Assembly (NCBI GenBank): GCA_964016885.1
Contig: OZ024748.1
Coordinates: 4,030,001 to 4,094,000, forward strand
Reading direction: 5' to 3'
Source of the DNA: Eledone cirrhosa
Lineage: Eukaryota
DNA length: 64,000 bases
Shown: positions 1 to 15,285 of the stretch, piece by piece
Position numbering within the stretch: position 1 is the first letter of the stretch
How the letters are laid out: each line of letters opens with the position of its first letter
Program-made: the position numbers and the translations under genes
The notes under the pieces: model-generated
The model's database searches: none
What the model was told of the DNA's origin: nothing
The model's input: only the letters and a program-made list of their open reading frames with translations

Positions 1-34
1 ATGTATATATATGAATATATATATATATATATAT

Positions 35-412
35 TTTTGCGAGGTTTTTGATATGAAATGGTGTGTCGAAACAAATATTGTTATACTTAGGGAGGGTCAT
101 ATTTGTGTAAATAAACAGACTAAATAAAGATGGCGTGGGCATACAATACAACGGGAGGAAACATAATAGCACCACTGACGATGTTGCAGATGTGCAACGA
201 AAGAACTTTGTTAGACTATATATATGTGTTTGTGTCTATATTGTATCTGTATTTTTGACCGTTGGTCAGTCAATGGTAACATGGAGGACCGAATAAATTA
301 AATTAACCGATATAAAAGACACAGAAGCGACAACCAACCAAACAGTGAGTGTGTTCTGTTATTAATTCTGGCAATATTACACAAATATGACCCTCCCCAA
401 GTATAACAATAT
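35..412 (+). mobile_element. TA-embedded hammerhead-bearing element, family C (putative non-autonomous Penelope-like) with inverted terminal segment
   Basis: Flanked by (TA)n on both sides. 36-bp inverted repeat at 75-110 / 377-412 (ATATTGTTATACTTRGGGAGGGTCATATTTGTGTAA). Hammerhead core at 175-210. Related sequences at 17291-17397, 26513-26535 and 51830-52148. Confidence 0.65.
171..210 (+). ncRNA. Minimal hammerhead ribozyme motif
   Basis: CTGACGA (175-181), T, stem II GTTGCA-GATG-TGCAAC, GAAA (199-202), GAAC-TT. Stem I is short (CA/TG). The same layout with a different stem II occurs at 51912. Confidence 0.6.
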
Positions 413-451
413 ATATATATATATATACAGTATATATATATATATGCTTAC

Positions 452-494
<43 letters not shown>

Positions 495-554
495 GATGCT
501 TGATACTGACTCACTGTGTGTATGTGAGTGTGTGTGCGGATAGATGTGTATGTG

Positions 555-750
555 TAAAGTTTGAATGTAGGATGTGGACTCGAGTGTGTATACGTGAGTG
601 TGCACTCGTGTGTGTATATGTGAGTGCGCACTCATGTCTGTATATGTGATTGTGCACTCATGTCTGTATATGTGACTGTGCACTCGTGTGTGTATATGTG
701 AGTGTGCACTCATGTCTGTATATGTGAGTGTGCGCGTGTGCGTGTCATGT
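555..750. repeat. ~24-26 bp minisatellite (CACTCATGTCTGTATATGTGAGTG-like)
   Basis: Visible tandem units. Confidence 0.75.
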
Positions 751-804
751 CTTTGCACATGAGTGACACCTTTTTAGATGAACGAACGCATAATTGATGC
801 GCAT

Positions 805-1561
805 ATGATTGTGATGACTACGGTGATGGTGATGATGGTGGTGGTGGTGATGGTGGTGATGATGGTGATTATGGTGATAATGACGGTGATGATGATGATG
901 ATGGTGATGATGATGTTGGTGTTGATGATTATTATTTTCATCATGTGCAGTTGTATTTGACTGTGATTGCGTATGTGTGTGTGTTGGGTTGTTTGTGTGC
1001 GAGTGTGTATGCCTGTGAATAGTTGTGTGTATGATAGTGGTGGAGGTGGTGGTGGTGGTGGTGGTGGTGATAGTGGTGGTGGTGGTGATAGTGGTGGATG
1101 TGGTGGTGGTGGTGGTGATAGTGGTGGGGGTGGTGGTGGTGGTGGTGGTGATAGTGGTGGAGGTGGTGGTGATAGTGGTGGAGGTGATGATATATGGTGG
1201 TGGCGCTGGTGTCGGTAGTGGTGTAGGAGAGGTGATGTAAAGAATTTCTGTTCAGTCATGCGTAATGGTGACCAAGGAGCGAGACTGTCTTATTGTTAAG
1301 TTCACAATTGTTCATCTTGAACGTCGCTGTAACCACCATCACCACCATCACCACCATCACCACCATCACCACCATCATCACCATCACCATCACCACCATC
1401 ATCACCATCATCACCTTAACCACCATCATCATCACCATCACCATCACCACCATCATCACCATCATCACCTTAACCATCATCATCATAATCATCATCAACA
1501 CCACCATCACCATCACCATCACCATCACCATCATCACCATCATATATATCATCACCATCAT

Positions 1562-1570
<9 letters not shown>
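805..1570. repeat. (GAT/GGT)n and (CAT/CAC)n trinucleotide arrays
   Basis: Direct reading; these produce the poly-P/H/M/V pseudo-ORFs. Confidence 0.9.
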
Positions 1571-1624
<54 letters not shown>

Positions 1625-1628
<4 letters not shown>

Positions 1629-1819
1629 AAAAAGTATGACCCCGACGGCAGAGCTCAAGCCGTTGCGACGGTTATTTCTAGTCCAGAAATAGCCGTCGAA
1701 ACGGCTTGAGCTCTGCCGTGGGGGTCATACTTTTTCCTATTTCCCACTCTGCTACCCTAAGTATGGAGTACTCTGGTGCGTTATGGTCCATCTGGTTCCT
1801 TACCACAATTCCTTTGTTA
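1625..1819 (+). mobile_element. Family A fold-back element (hairpin plus unique tail) in (TA)n
   Basis: Inverted repeat 1625-1740 (TAGGAAAAAGTATGACCCCGACGGCAGAGCTCAAGCCGTT...AACGGCTTGAGCTCTGCCGTGGGGGTCATACTTTTTCCTA), then tail ...CCCACTCTGCTACCCTAAGTATGGAGTACT...GGTTCCTTACCACAATTCCTTTGTTA(TA)n. About 11 copies in the window. Confidence 0.85.
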
Positions 1820-1823
1820 TATA

Positions 1824-1865
<42 letters not shown>

Positions 1866-1890
1866 TATATATATACATATATACATATAT

Positions 1891-1946
<56 letters not shown>

Positions 1947-1961
1947 CATATATACATATAT

Positions 1962-2086
<125 letters not shown>

Positions 2087-2473
2087 ATATATAGATGTAT
2101 ATATATATATATATACACCCCCCACATATATATGTATATGTTTGTGTACCATTTTCCCCCTTGATTCTCCCCTACTGCCACTACCACTACCCCTAGTACC
2201 CCCATTCCCCACACCACCACCACAACCATCATCTTGTAAGACGCTTGCCCTCTGCTACTAAGCCACACGTTGGCCCCTGAACATGTATGAAGACAGTTCT
2301 CATGATTGACACGAACACACAACTGTGAATAAATGAATAACAATATGGCTCATGACAACAACAACAACAACAACACGAATACCATGAATAATGATAATAA
2401 TAATAATAATGTTGATGATAATAAGGGTGATAATAGACGAATAATTTAATAATAATAACATGAATGTTATTAT

Positions 2474-2905
2474 TACAACAACAACAGCAACAACAACAAC
2501 AGCAACAACAACAGCAACAACAACAGCAACAACAATAACAACAACAGCAACAACAGCAACAACAGGAACAATAACAACAACAACAGCAACAACAACAACA
2601 ACAGCAACAACAACAGCAACAACAACAACAACAACAGCAACAACAACAACAGCAACAACAACAACAGCAGCAACAAGAACAAGAACAAGAACAACATCAA
2701 CAGCAACAAGAACAACAACAGCAGCAACAACAAGAAGAAGAAGAAGAAGAAGAAGAAGAAGAACAACAACAACAACAACAACAACATCAACAGCAACAAT
2801 AACAACAACAACAGCAACAACAGCAACAATAACAATAACAACAGCAACAACAACAACTAAAACAACAAGAACAAGAACAAGAACAAGAACAAGAACAACA
2901 GCAGC

Positions 2906-2974
<69 letters not shown>

Positions 2975-3259
2975 AACAACAACAAAAACAACAAAAACAA
3001 CAGCAACAACAACAACAGCAACAACAGGAACAATAACAACATCAACAGCAACAAAAACAACAACAGCAGCAACAACAAGAAGAAGAAGAAGAAGAAGAAG
3101 AAGAAGAAGAAGAAGAAGAAGAAGAACAACAACAACAACATCAACAGCAACAATAACAACAACAACAGCAACAACAGCAACAATAACAATAACAACAGCA
3201 ACAACAACAACTAAAACAACAAGAACAAGAACAAGAACAAGAACAAGAACAACAGCAGC

Positions 3260-3319
<60 letters not shown>

Positions 3320-3652
3320 AACAACAACAAAAACAACAAAAACAACAGCAACAACAACAACAGCAACAACAGGAACAATAACAACATCAACAACAACAAA
3401 AACAACAACAGCAACAGCAACAGCAACAAGAACAAGAACAAGAACAAGAACAAGAACAAGAACAACAACAACAACAACAACAACAACGGCAACAACAACA
3501 ACAACAACAGCAACAACAGCAACAATAACAACAACAACAGCAACAACAACAACAACAAAAACAACAAGAACAAGAACAAGAACAACAGCAGCAACAACAA
3601 CAACAACAACAACGGCAACAACAACAACAACACCAGCAACAACAACACCAGC

Positions 3653-3726
<74 letters not shown>

Positions 3727-3736
3727 CGGCAGCAGC

Positions 3737-3795
<59 letters not shown>

Positions 3796-3866
3796 CGGCA
3801 GCAACAACAACAACAACAACAACAACAGCAACAGCAACAACAACAATAATAATAACAATAACACTA
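2474..3866. repeat. Compound (ACA/AGA/GCA)n array with a ~354-bp higher-order duplication
   Basis: Marker ACAACTAAAACAACAAGAAC recurs at ~2853 and ~3207. The poly-Thr ORF 2460-3884 is a repeat artefact. Confidence 0.85.
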
Positions 3867-3949
3867 ATGAGAAGAATTATATAAAAAATATTTTAATAAT
3901 AACAATAAAAAGATGATAGTTGTGATGATGATGCTGATGATGGGATCAT

Positions 3950-4625
3950 AGTGACGATGATGGTGATGGTGATGATGGTGGTGATGATGGTGATGGTGAT
4001 GGTAATGGTGATGATGGTGGTGATGGTGGTGATGATGATGGTGATGATGGTGGTGATGGTGGTGATGGTGGTGATGGTGGTGATGATGGTGATGGTGGTG
4101 ATGGTGGTGATGGTGGTGATGGTGATGATGGTGGTGATGATGGTGGTGATGGTGGTGATGGTGGTGATGATGGTGATGGTGGTGATGGTGGTGATGATGA
4201 TGGTGATGGTGGTGATGATGGTGATGGTGGTGATGATGGTGATGGTGATGGTGGTGATGGTGATGGTGATGATGGTGGTGATGATGGTGATGGTGATGGT
4301 GGTGATGATGGTGATGGTGATGATGATGATGGTGGTGATGGTGATGATGGTGATGGTGATGGTGATGGTGGTGATGGTGATGGTGGTGATGGTGGTGATG
4401 ATGGTGGTGATGATGGTGGTGATGGTGGTGATGATGAAATTGGTGGGAATGATGACGGTGATGAAGATGATGATGATGGTGAACATGTTGGTGGCTGCTG
4501 AGGATATAGATGATGATGATGATGATGATGATGACAACGATGACAATGGCGACGACGACAAAGCTAGTGACGATGAAAGTAATGATGTCGATGCCGATGC
4601 CGATGATGATGATGATGATTATTAT
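3950..4625. repeat. (GATGGT)n / (GAT)n array
   Basis: Direct reading. Confidence 0.9.
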
Positions 4626-4888
4626 TATTAGGATAAACAAGAAAAACTATCAGGTTGTCTACAATGTCTTGAACGCAAAGAATAGTGTTAAGAAATGATG
4701 AATTATCTCCCGCTAATAGTCTCATGAGAGACCTCATTTTCTGCTTACATACCCACCACCGACAGGCGGCGCTGCTTTATGAATATTTATTACAGAATAC
4801 ATATAGAACAGGCTACAACTTTCTTCCACTAGCGGAAAAAAAAATGAAAAAAATATTTCTTTTATACAAACACACATATATATATATA

Positions 4889-4928
<40 letters not shown>

Positions 4929-5112
4929 CTCATGTACACCAGAATTTCATTATATATATATATATATGGGGGGGGGGGGGTATGGTGCACACATACAGTA
5001 CAAAAAATATTTACTTGTAATAAATAAAACTAGGACAGAAAAACTATCATATTAAAAAGAGAAACACACACACACACACATATATATATATACATATATA
5101 CATATATATACA

Positions 5113-5144
<32 letters not shown>

Positions 5145-5147
5145 CAT

Positions 5148-5178
<31 letters not shown>

Positions 5179-5989
5179 AATAATGAAAAACAATGTTGTA
5201 TTTGATCGAGACGAAGCCAGAGTGTATTAGAATACAACCCCCCCTCCAACACACACACACACATATATATATATATACACATAAAAATATTCGTACATAT
5301 GTTGGTAGATTGGTACATTCAAATGAGAAGGGTTAGCATAATCTGTTCCGTTTCTTTGAGTTTTGTTTTATATTCCATCTTTCCTGTACAGACTACCACA
5401 CTCGGAATGAGTCTGTAACCCGGTAACTGTGTCATGGATGCCAAGGTTTTTGAGCATCAAGCGCATTGAAGAAAAAACTCACAACTCTTTCTCCTCCACA
5501 TTAATGAATATTATGTGGAAAGTGATATAAGGCCAAACAATGCATTATTTAACCTTATTACACCTATCACTTTCCACATTATATATTATATACAATGCTT
5601 TAAGCAAAGTACAGAACTTTATTATTATTAAATAGCATTAGGTTCTGGTCACGTGGTCACTGCGTTTCAGAAAGAAAAAACAGAACTGTGTAAACCTTCT
5701 CGAGGAAAAATCGACGTTGTCAACGCTGAAGACGATAGAATTTATGGATCCCGGACGAGAGACAATCATTGAGATTTGAACTGATAACATCAAGTATAAT
5801 GACCGAAAGAATATGATCGCAAATATAAGCAATCGATATGGGATTCCTCCGAGGTGTCTTTGGAGTAACGTTACTTAATAGAGTGCATAGCTCGGAGATC
5901 TAAGTAGAGCCGTTACTTCTCTTAGAGATCACATCTCCGATATACATAAATATAAAAATATATATGTATAATATAAATATAAATATGTA

Positions 5990-6094
<105 letters not shown>

Positions 6095-6111
6095 GTATAT
6101 ATTTATGTATG

Positions 6112-6177
<66 letters not shown>

Positions 6178-6755
6178 CATACATAAATATATACGTGTAT
6201 ATATATATATATATATATATACACAGGTATACATTTATATATATATTTGATATTCCTTCTAAACTTCTTAAAGCTTATTAACTTAATATTATCGATTATA
6301 ATTTTTATTCTTGTTATTTAGGTATTATTGTCTGTTTCTTATACCTGGTTATTACTGGAGTTGTTGTGGTTGTTGTTCTATTGATGCTTTTAATAGAGAC
6401 GTGTTAATAATTATGTTGTTGTCGTTGTTGTTGTTGTTTATGTCTCAAAACTATTTCTATTAACACTTTGGAGTCCTCATATAACAAAGTACATTCACAC
6501 GAAAACGCCCACGTAGAGAGAATCACTAACACAAACACATACATATTCACACACACACACACACACACGCGCATATTCACTCAAACACACACATACACAC
6601 ACACGTATATTCACTCACACACATACACACAGACACCCACACGAATAGACTTATATATGCATGAACAAAAAATGTCTTCATACATACATTTGTATAAGTA
6701 TGTTTACCACCTAGTATTATATATTTCCAGATATAAGCATATATATATATATATT

Positions 6756-6844
<89 letters not shown>

Positions 6845-6867
6845 ATATATAATGAATATAAATGAAA

Positions 6868-6925
<58 letters not shown>

Positions 6926-7037
6926 TTTCATTTATATTCATTATATATATATATAATGAATGTAAATATAAGAATATATATATTATATATATATATATGT
7001 ATATAATGAATGTAAGTGAAAGAACCCCCCCCGCCCC

Positions 7038-7093
<56 letters not shown>

Positions 7094-7264
7094 TATATGT
7101 ATTGAATATGTAAAGCAATTTATTTATTTTTACAGTACAAATTTCCTCCGTCCATTCTTTTTTATCGTAGAGAGAGCCATTATGTCGGAAAATAATTGAT
7201 CGTCTGCTTTAGTGATTATTCCATTTCACCAACTTGACACATTCCTGCACAATATATATATATA

Positions 7265-7316
<52 letters not shown>

Positions 7317-7329
7317 CACACACACACAT

Positions 7330-7454
<125 letters not shown>

Positions 7455-7559
7455 TATACATATATATATATATGTTAGATGGGTGGATATATAGCTAGGG
7501 AGGTAGGGTAGAGAATGATAGAAAGGGTAGAGGAGGAAAAAGATGGACAGATTATAAAC

Positions 7560-7592
<33 letters not shown>

Positions 7593-7600
7593 CATATATA

Positions 7601-7640
<40 letters not shown>

Positions 7641-7641
7641 C

Positions 7642-7678
<37 letters not shown>

Positions 7679-8093
7679 TATATATATATATGTGGTTACC
7701 TCCGATTCAACCCGGAATAACGTATATATATATATATATAGAAATACAGAAATATATATATATATATATATGTCGCAAAGAATATAATGGGACCAGAAAT
7801 ATCAAAATAATTATTGTTATTCGTTATTATCATTATTACTATTATTGTTGTGGATGTTATTATTGCTAATATTTATCACTATTGTTCTTATTATTTTTGT
7901 TATTTTTTTTATATAATTCTCAAAAGAGACATGAAAGAATTCTGAATAAATTACGGTGTAAATGAGGTTGTAAAACTAAGTATACATGTATACCACATAT
8001 ATATATATATAGTTTTTTACTCTATGCTGGTTACTTCCTTATAATCTACATTCTGTCCGAAATGCATATATATATATATATATATATACATAC

Positions 8094-8231
<138 letters not shown>

Positions 8232-8290
8232 TTATATATATATATATGTATAAATATATATATATATGTGTACATACATATATGTATATA

Positions 8291-8439
<149 letters not shown>

Positions 8440-8656
8440 TTATGTATGTATATATTTCTTTCATCAATTTCCTTGTATTCAGTTATGTAGCCACGGAAGT
8501 TCGCGTGTGTAGAACATCAATGTCGTCCAACATAAAAAATGATTTGTGTTCAAATAGATCCGACGTATTTGCTAAACACTAAGTATTTTACCTCGCAATT
8601 TCCATTATCTCCCATATTGTTTAGTCAGATACAAATGTGTCGATTATCTGAGTGTG

Positions 8657-8702
<46 letters not shown>

Positions 8703-8881
8703 ATATATATGTGTGTAAAAGGTAAACAGAAATAACAACACAATCGGTACACTATATGGAAAGAATATATTAGGTGAACGCTTGAAATAGCAATATATAT
8801 ATATATATATATATGTAGTGTTATGTGTAGTGTTACTATTTTTTCTGTTTGTACAGGAAGTGTATATAAGCAATCATGTCT

Positions 8882-8954
<73 letters not shown>

Positions 8955-8958
<4 letters not shown>

Positions 8959-9089
8959 AAAGGAAATGTGGTAAGGAACCAGAAGTACCAGAGCACTCAA
9001 TACTTAGAGTAGTAGAGTGGGAAATAGGAAATTATACATTTCTGTCGAAACGGCTTGAGCTCTGCCGTCGGGTCATACTTTTTCCTATA
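8955..9089 (-). mobile_element. Family A element, internally deleted copy
   Basis: AAGGAAATGTGGTAAGGAACCAG...ACTCAATACTTAGAGTAGTAGAGTGGG tail plus one arm GTCGAAACGGCTTGAGCTCTGCCGTCGGGTCATACTTTTTCCTA; TA-flanked. Confidence 0.8.
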
Positions 9090-9121
9090 TATATATGTAT
9101 ATATATATATACATATACATA

Positions 9122-9250
9122 TTCGTATGTGATTGACGGACGACAGAAAAAAGAGTACTCAATACCGAAGTTGAGTTCAAATATTTCTTTATTATGGCAA
9201 CGTATTGAATCTTGTTACTCTGGAGTTTCACCTGGTAACTCACAGGATCA
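9122..9250 (-). mobile_element. Family E element with partial hammerhead, abutting a Tigger insertion
   Basis: Homologous to 63503-63695 (ATTGACGGACG...ACTCAATACCGAAGT...TTATTATGGC...TTGTTACTCTGGAGT). Minus strand reads ATGA-T-CCTG-TGAGTTAC-CAGG-T-GAAA-CTCCAGAG-TA-ACAA. Confidence 0.55.
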
Positions 9251-9256
9251 TATATA

Positions 9257-9920
9257 CAGTGCTTCTTCGCTTATCCGGATATCGCTTTTCCGAAATTCGA
9301 TTAACCGGACGACTATTTCTCTACTACCTCCGGATGAGGAGGACTTGATTTCGGCAGACGGACAGATTCGGGCAGCATTTCTTCCGGCGAACGTTACGTC
9401 ACTTATTCAGCCAATGGACCAGGGAGTTTTGGAGACACTAAAGCGGATTTACAGAAAACAATTGCTGCGGGATTTGATCGGAAAAGGGGACACGGGAATG
9501 ATTCCATTTTTACCTGCAATAAACATGAGGGAGGTGGTTGACCGTTCAGCTGTTGCTTGGAAATGGTAGTGGGAAATGGTAGTGGAACGACGAGTTTCGG
9601 CGCAAAAACAATCTTCTATTTATTCATTTTTATAAAAGTACTACCTTTTTATGGTTTGACTCAATTCAGTTTTACCAAATTTTTAGTTATTCTTATGTTT
9701 GTTTAATTAATTTTCTTATAAATTCTAGCTGTTCTTTTGTTATTCTAATAAACTTTCTTTACTTAGAATTTGTCTTTTATTTTGACTAAAAGAAGCCAAA
9801 ACCACGAGCATTATGTAACAATGGGATTTTAGAACTCACTTATCCGGATATTTCACTTAACCGGTTCTTTTTCTAACTGTTTGGTTTTGACCGTCCGAAT
9901 AAATAGTAACACAACGGTTA
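9257..9920 (+). mobile_element. Tigger/pogo-like DNA transposon, deletion derivative
   Basis: TA followed by a CAGTGCTTCTTCGCTTATCCGG terminus. TTATCCGG/TTAACCGG subterminal repeats recur at 9840-9865. Right TIR degenerate. Internal DDE fragment. Confidence 0.7.
9325..9569 (+). pseudogene. DDE_1 (pogo/Tigger, CENP-B-like) transposase fragment
   Basis: FLPANVTSLIQPMDQGVLETLKRIYRKQLL matches the conserved LPxNxTSxxQPMDQGVI motif of pogo/Tigger transposases; no N-terminal HTH. Confidence 0.85.
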
Positions 9921-10054
9921 GTTCACCATGCCGAGAACAATTGCATCACCTCCAATTGTTCTTGGTATGGTGAACTAACTGTTGTGCTACTACTTCTACC
10001 AAACTCGTCCCATGGACTGAGTGGTCTACCTCTACGGATGTTACCTTCCAGTAT

Positions 10055-10168
<114 letters not shown>

Positions 10169-10488
10169 TATATATAGATATATGGGTGTGTGTGTGTAAC
10201 ATGAATAAATAAATAAATAAGCCAAAAAAAACAAAACAAATATATATAAAATAACTAACGAATAAAATAACGAACGGGCTCTAAGTTGTAGTATTCGAAT
10301 CTATAAAAATATTGCTATAATTTTTCGTTTCAAACGATTATGTTTCAGTTTAATCATTTTACTACCATCTTTCCCATCTCTTTAGTACTTTATGTTTAGT
10401 TTGGAACAGTAGCTTTACTAAACCTTCTATGTGTAGCAACGTTTCGACGTCTTCTCGACTCTTCTTCACAATGTATTTGTATATGTCC

Positions 10489-10573
<85 letters not shown>

Positions 10574-10702
10574 TTCCGTAGGAAAGGTAAAGGAAAGGAG
10601 AGTGCTCTATTTAAGCTACAGAGCTATTTAGTTATGAAATAAAGAAGATAAATTCCTTTCGTAAATGGAAGAATTTTCTTATGTTGTTTATTACATAACT
10701 AG

Positions 10703-10778
<76 letters not shown>

Positions 10779-11143
10779 TTATATATTTATACATATGTGT
10801 TTATCTCTTTATATATATGTATTTATATACTTATATATAAACATACATGCATCCATGTATATATACAAAATATATATATATATATATATGTGTGCGTGTG
10901 CGTGTGTTTATTTGTGCATGTGTTTGTATGTTTGTATGTTTGTGTGTATGTGTGTGTGTGTGTGTATGTGTGTAAGTGTGTGTATGTGTGTATGTGTGTG
11001 TGTGCGTGTATGTGGTCACTGTTCCTACTTTAATATTGGTGTTTACATAGTTGATTAGATTTTAATGAAGCAAGAAATTTAGTAATGTACGTAGACATAC
11101 ATATTTATGAACACACGCACTCTCCTACTCACGAATGTGTTTG

Positions 11144-11260
<117 letters not shown>

Positions 11261-11322
11261 ATATATATATATATTATATATATATGAATATATATCTATA
11301 TCAGTCTCTCTCTAAATATCTC

Positions 11323-11383
<61 letters not shown>

Positions 11384-11445
11384 CCGTTTGTGTGTGCGTA
11401 TGCGGCGTAAGTGTGTATAAATACAAAACACAAGAAGAGATAAAC

Positions 11446-11478
<33 letters not shown>

Positions 11479-11496
11479 GCATACATACATATATAC

Positions 11497-11545
<49 letters not shown>

Positions 11546-11575
11546 CATATAGCATACATATATATATATATATAC

Positions 11576-11664
<89 letters not shown>

Positions 11665-11777
11665 CTATATGTATATATATATATATATATATATACATAC
11701 ATACATATAACGAGTGAAAGAGCGATAGACGTTGAGAACGACAGATGGACGAAAGACACAGATATATATATATATAT

Positions 11778-11861
<84 letters not shown>

Positions 11862-12138
11862 ACGATCGTATGAAGAAGTATATAGTTGGTGAGAAAAGGG
11901 TGGTATGTTAGCAAGTTGACTCGAATTGGACAGAGACATTGGTGGATGATGGAAGAGAATTGGACAGAACGAGAGTGAATATTATGTAAATATATTAAAG
12001 TTTAGCTTTATTGAATTTTTCTGATGGCTCACGACAATTATGATATATAAGTGAACGTATATTACATACAAATATTAGACACATATGCAAATGTATATAC
12101 AGATATTTTTTGCACCTCTAAATAGTCATATCTACACA

Positions 12139-12199
<61 letters not shown>

Positions 12200-12592
12200 A
12201 TGTGTGTATGAGTGTGTGTGTATGTGTGCATGTGTGTATATATTGTATATATATATATATAAATATACATATTTGTGTACACTTATATATTTATATATGC
12301 ATACATACATACACACACGCACATATATATATGTATATATGTATGAATGTATGTATGTATGTATTGTATGTATGTATGTATGTATGTATGTATGTATGTA
12401 TGTATGTATGTATGTATGTATGTATGTGTGTGTGTGTACATATATACATATACATATAGATATATTTTAATATTATATTGTCATATATTTATACTTACAA
12501 ACACAGAAACACGCATACATATATATATATATGCATATATCTATGAATATATGTTTATATATATATACACAAACACACAAAACACACAGACA

Positions 12593-12654
<62 letters not shown>

Positions 12655-12705
12655 CATACATATATATATAGTCAAATGTTGTAATGATAACTGATAACAC
12701 ATGAT

Positions 12706-12856
12706 AATTGTCTCTACTTTAGGCACAAGGCCAGCATTTACCCAGTGCATTACTGGTACTTTATTTTATCGACCCCGTAAGGATGAAAGGCAAAGTCAAC
12801 CTCGGCGGGATTTGAACTCAGATCGTAAAGGGACGTAACTATGGTGGAAAACACAT
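12706..12856 (-). mobile_element. tRNA-derived SINE (family 1), 5'-truncated
   Basis: Reverse complement of GAGTTCAAATCCCGCCGAGGTTGACTTTGCCTTTCATCCTTACGGGGTCGATAAAATAAAGTACCAGT...GCTGGCCTTGTGCCTAAAGTAGA (B-box plus conserved central domain resembling the Meta-SINE domain). Confidence 0.85.
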
Positions 12857-13165
12857 GATAATATCAGCAACAATGTCATTAAGTATACCAGATATAATGT
12901 AAATAAATAATAATAATAATATTATAATATTATTATTATTATCATTAGTGGGAAAACTATCTTAACGTTTCGGACGGTTTTCTTTCATCGAATGATAGAA
13001 TGAGAGATGGAAGAAGAAATACAACAACAAACGAGAGTATGAGAAAGGAAAAAGGGGAAAACATATTTTGCAAGCTTAATGCATGTCTGTTTAGTCTAGA
13101 ATTGGGGAACATATACCACTTGCTATAGTATGGCTACAGCGAACAAGCTGCAACAGGTAGCATAG

Positions 13166-13272
<107 letters not shown>

Positions 13273-13595
13273 GTGCTACTCTAAAGAGAGTGAGAGAGTG
13301 AGAAAAAGAAAATTATGCATTCATTAGCCCCGACACCACCACCACCAACAACAACAACAACAACTCTACCACCAATACCACCACCACCACCACCAACATC
13401 ACCACCACTAATACCACCACCGCTAATACCACCACCACCACTAATACCACCACCGCCACCACCACCACTACTAATCTGTCAACGTGTTGCTTTCGCAGCT
13501 GTCCTTAAGTGGAGACCATTGTACAGGATAGAAGAAACTGGGAGAGAGAGAACACCCATATACGGTGACATAGATATACACATACAACCACACAG

Positions 13596-13717
<122 letters not shown>

Positions 13718-14019
13718 TCACAGATATACATACACACACACAGGCAAGTACACGGGTACACACAAATTCATACATTACGACAAACTCGAAAATGGCCACA
13801 CACGCGCCTACACACAGGTAATAACCACTGGCATACAACACACATACAATACACCCTTTACATACACAACACACACATATATTTACAACTACCCACACAG
13901 ACCCATACATATATACATACGTACAACGACACGATACTATCACCACAACTACAACAAAATAACTGGTAAGCGACAAAACATGGCTATCATGTCATGTCTA
14001 CCATGTTCCCAAGTTTATA

Positions 14020-14163
<144 letters not shown>

Positions 14164-14180
14164 CGTATATATGTGCATCG

Positions 14181-14270
14181 CCAGTCTGAAGAACAGATCG
14201 ATAATGGAGTCGGATCCATAACCTCTATGGGTAACCTTGAGCCAATCCTCAGTGAAACGCGCGTAACAGG
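14181..14270 (+). ncRNA. Hammerhead ribozyme motif with GCGC palindromic tetraloop (Penelope-type)
   Basis: CCAGT-CTGAAGA (14186-92), long imperfect stem II (AC...CCATA/TATGG...GT), GAAA (14254-57), C-GCGC-G-TA, ACAGG. Stem I pairs 4/5. Confidence 0.65.
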
Positions 14271-14469
14271 TCGATACACAATAAAAAATTGAAATCCATG
14301 TAAACGAAAATTCACTACTATATATATATCTTTCTTTATTTGCCACAGGGGCGTACAAAAATGGGACATTACAAGACGTGACGGTGGGGGTTTTACATAA
14401 AAATAACTTTAACATTAATAAATAACAATAAACTATATATAATAAAATAACAATTGAATACTATATATA

Positions 14470-14675
14470 TAGTAAGAGAAAGGGTTTTGTACAGCCGACC
14501 ATGTTATTCTTCACTCTTTCACTACTATTACTCCAAGAATGACCTGCATGGGTCTCACAAACTCGCCACCTAACTAAGGAAACCTCTTGTTGAGTCAAAC
14601 AACGCCGTACGTCAAAACTATCCATAGCACAGAGTACTCACAACTTCTAGCTGGGCTACCTAAAACGATAACTGT
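14470..14675 (+). mobile_element. TA-flanked island, family F
   Basis: CCATGTTATTCTTCACTC (14499-14516) is the reverse complement of 63779-63796. Contains a GAGTACTC motif like families A and E. Confidence 0.4.
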
Positions 14676-14699
14676 GTGTATATATATATATATATGTAC

Positions 14700-15285
<586 letters not shown>

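Noticed and set aside
2460-3884. 474-aa Thr-rich mucin-like ORF
   Set aside because: Entirely (ACA)n-derived, with no signal peptide or unique domain; open frames on both strands are expected from the repeat
5892-5942. Small hairpin TCGGAGAT...ATCTCCGA, end similar to 17221
   Set aside because: Too short to assign to a family
8823-9569. 248-aa ORF as an intact gene
   Set aside because: Chimera of microsatellite, family A/E sequence and a transposase fragment
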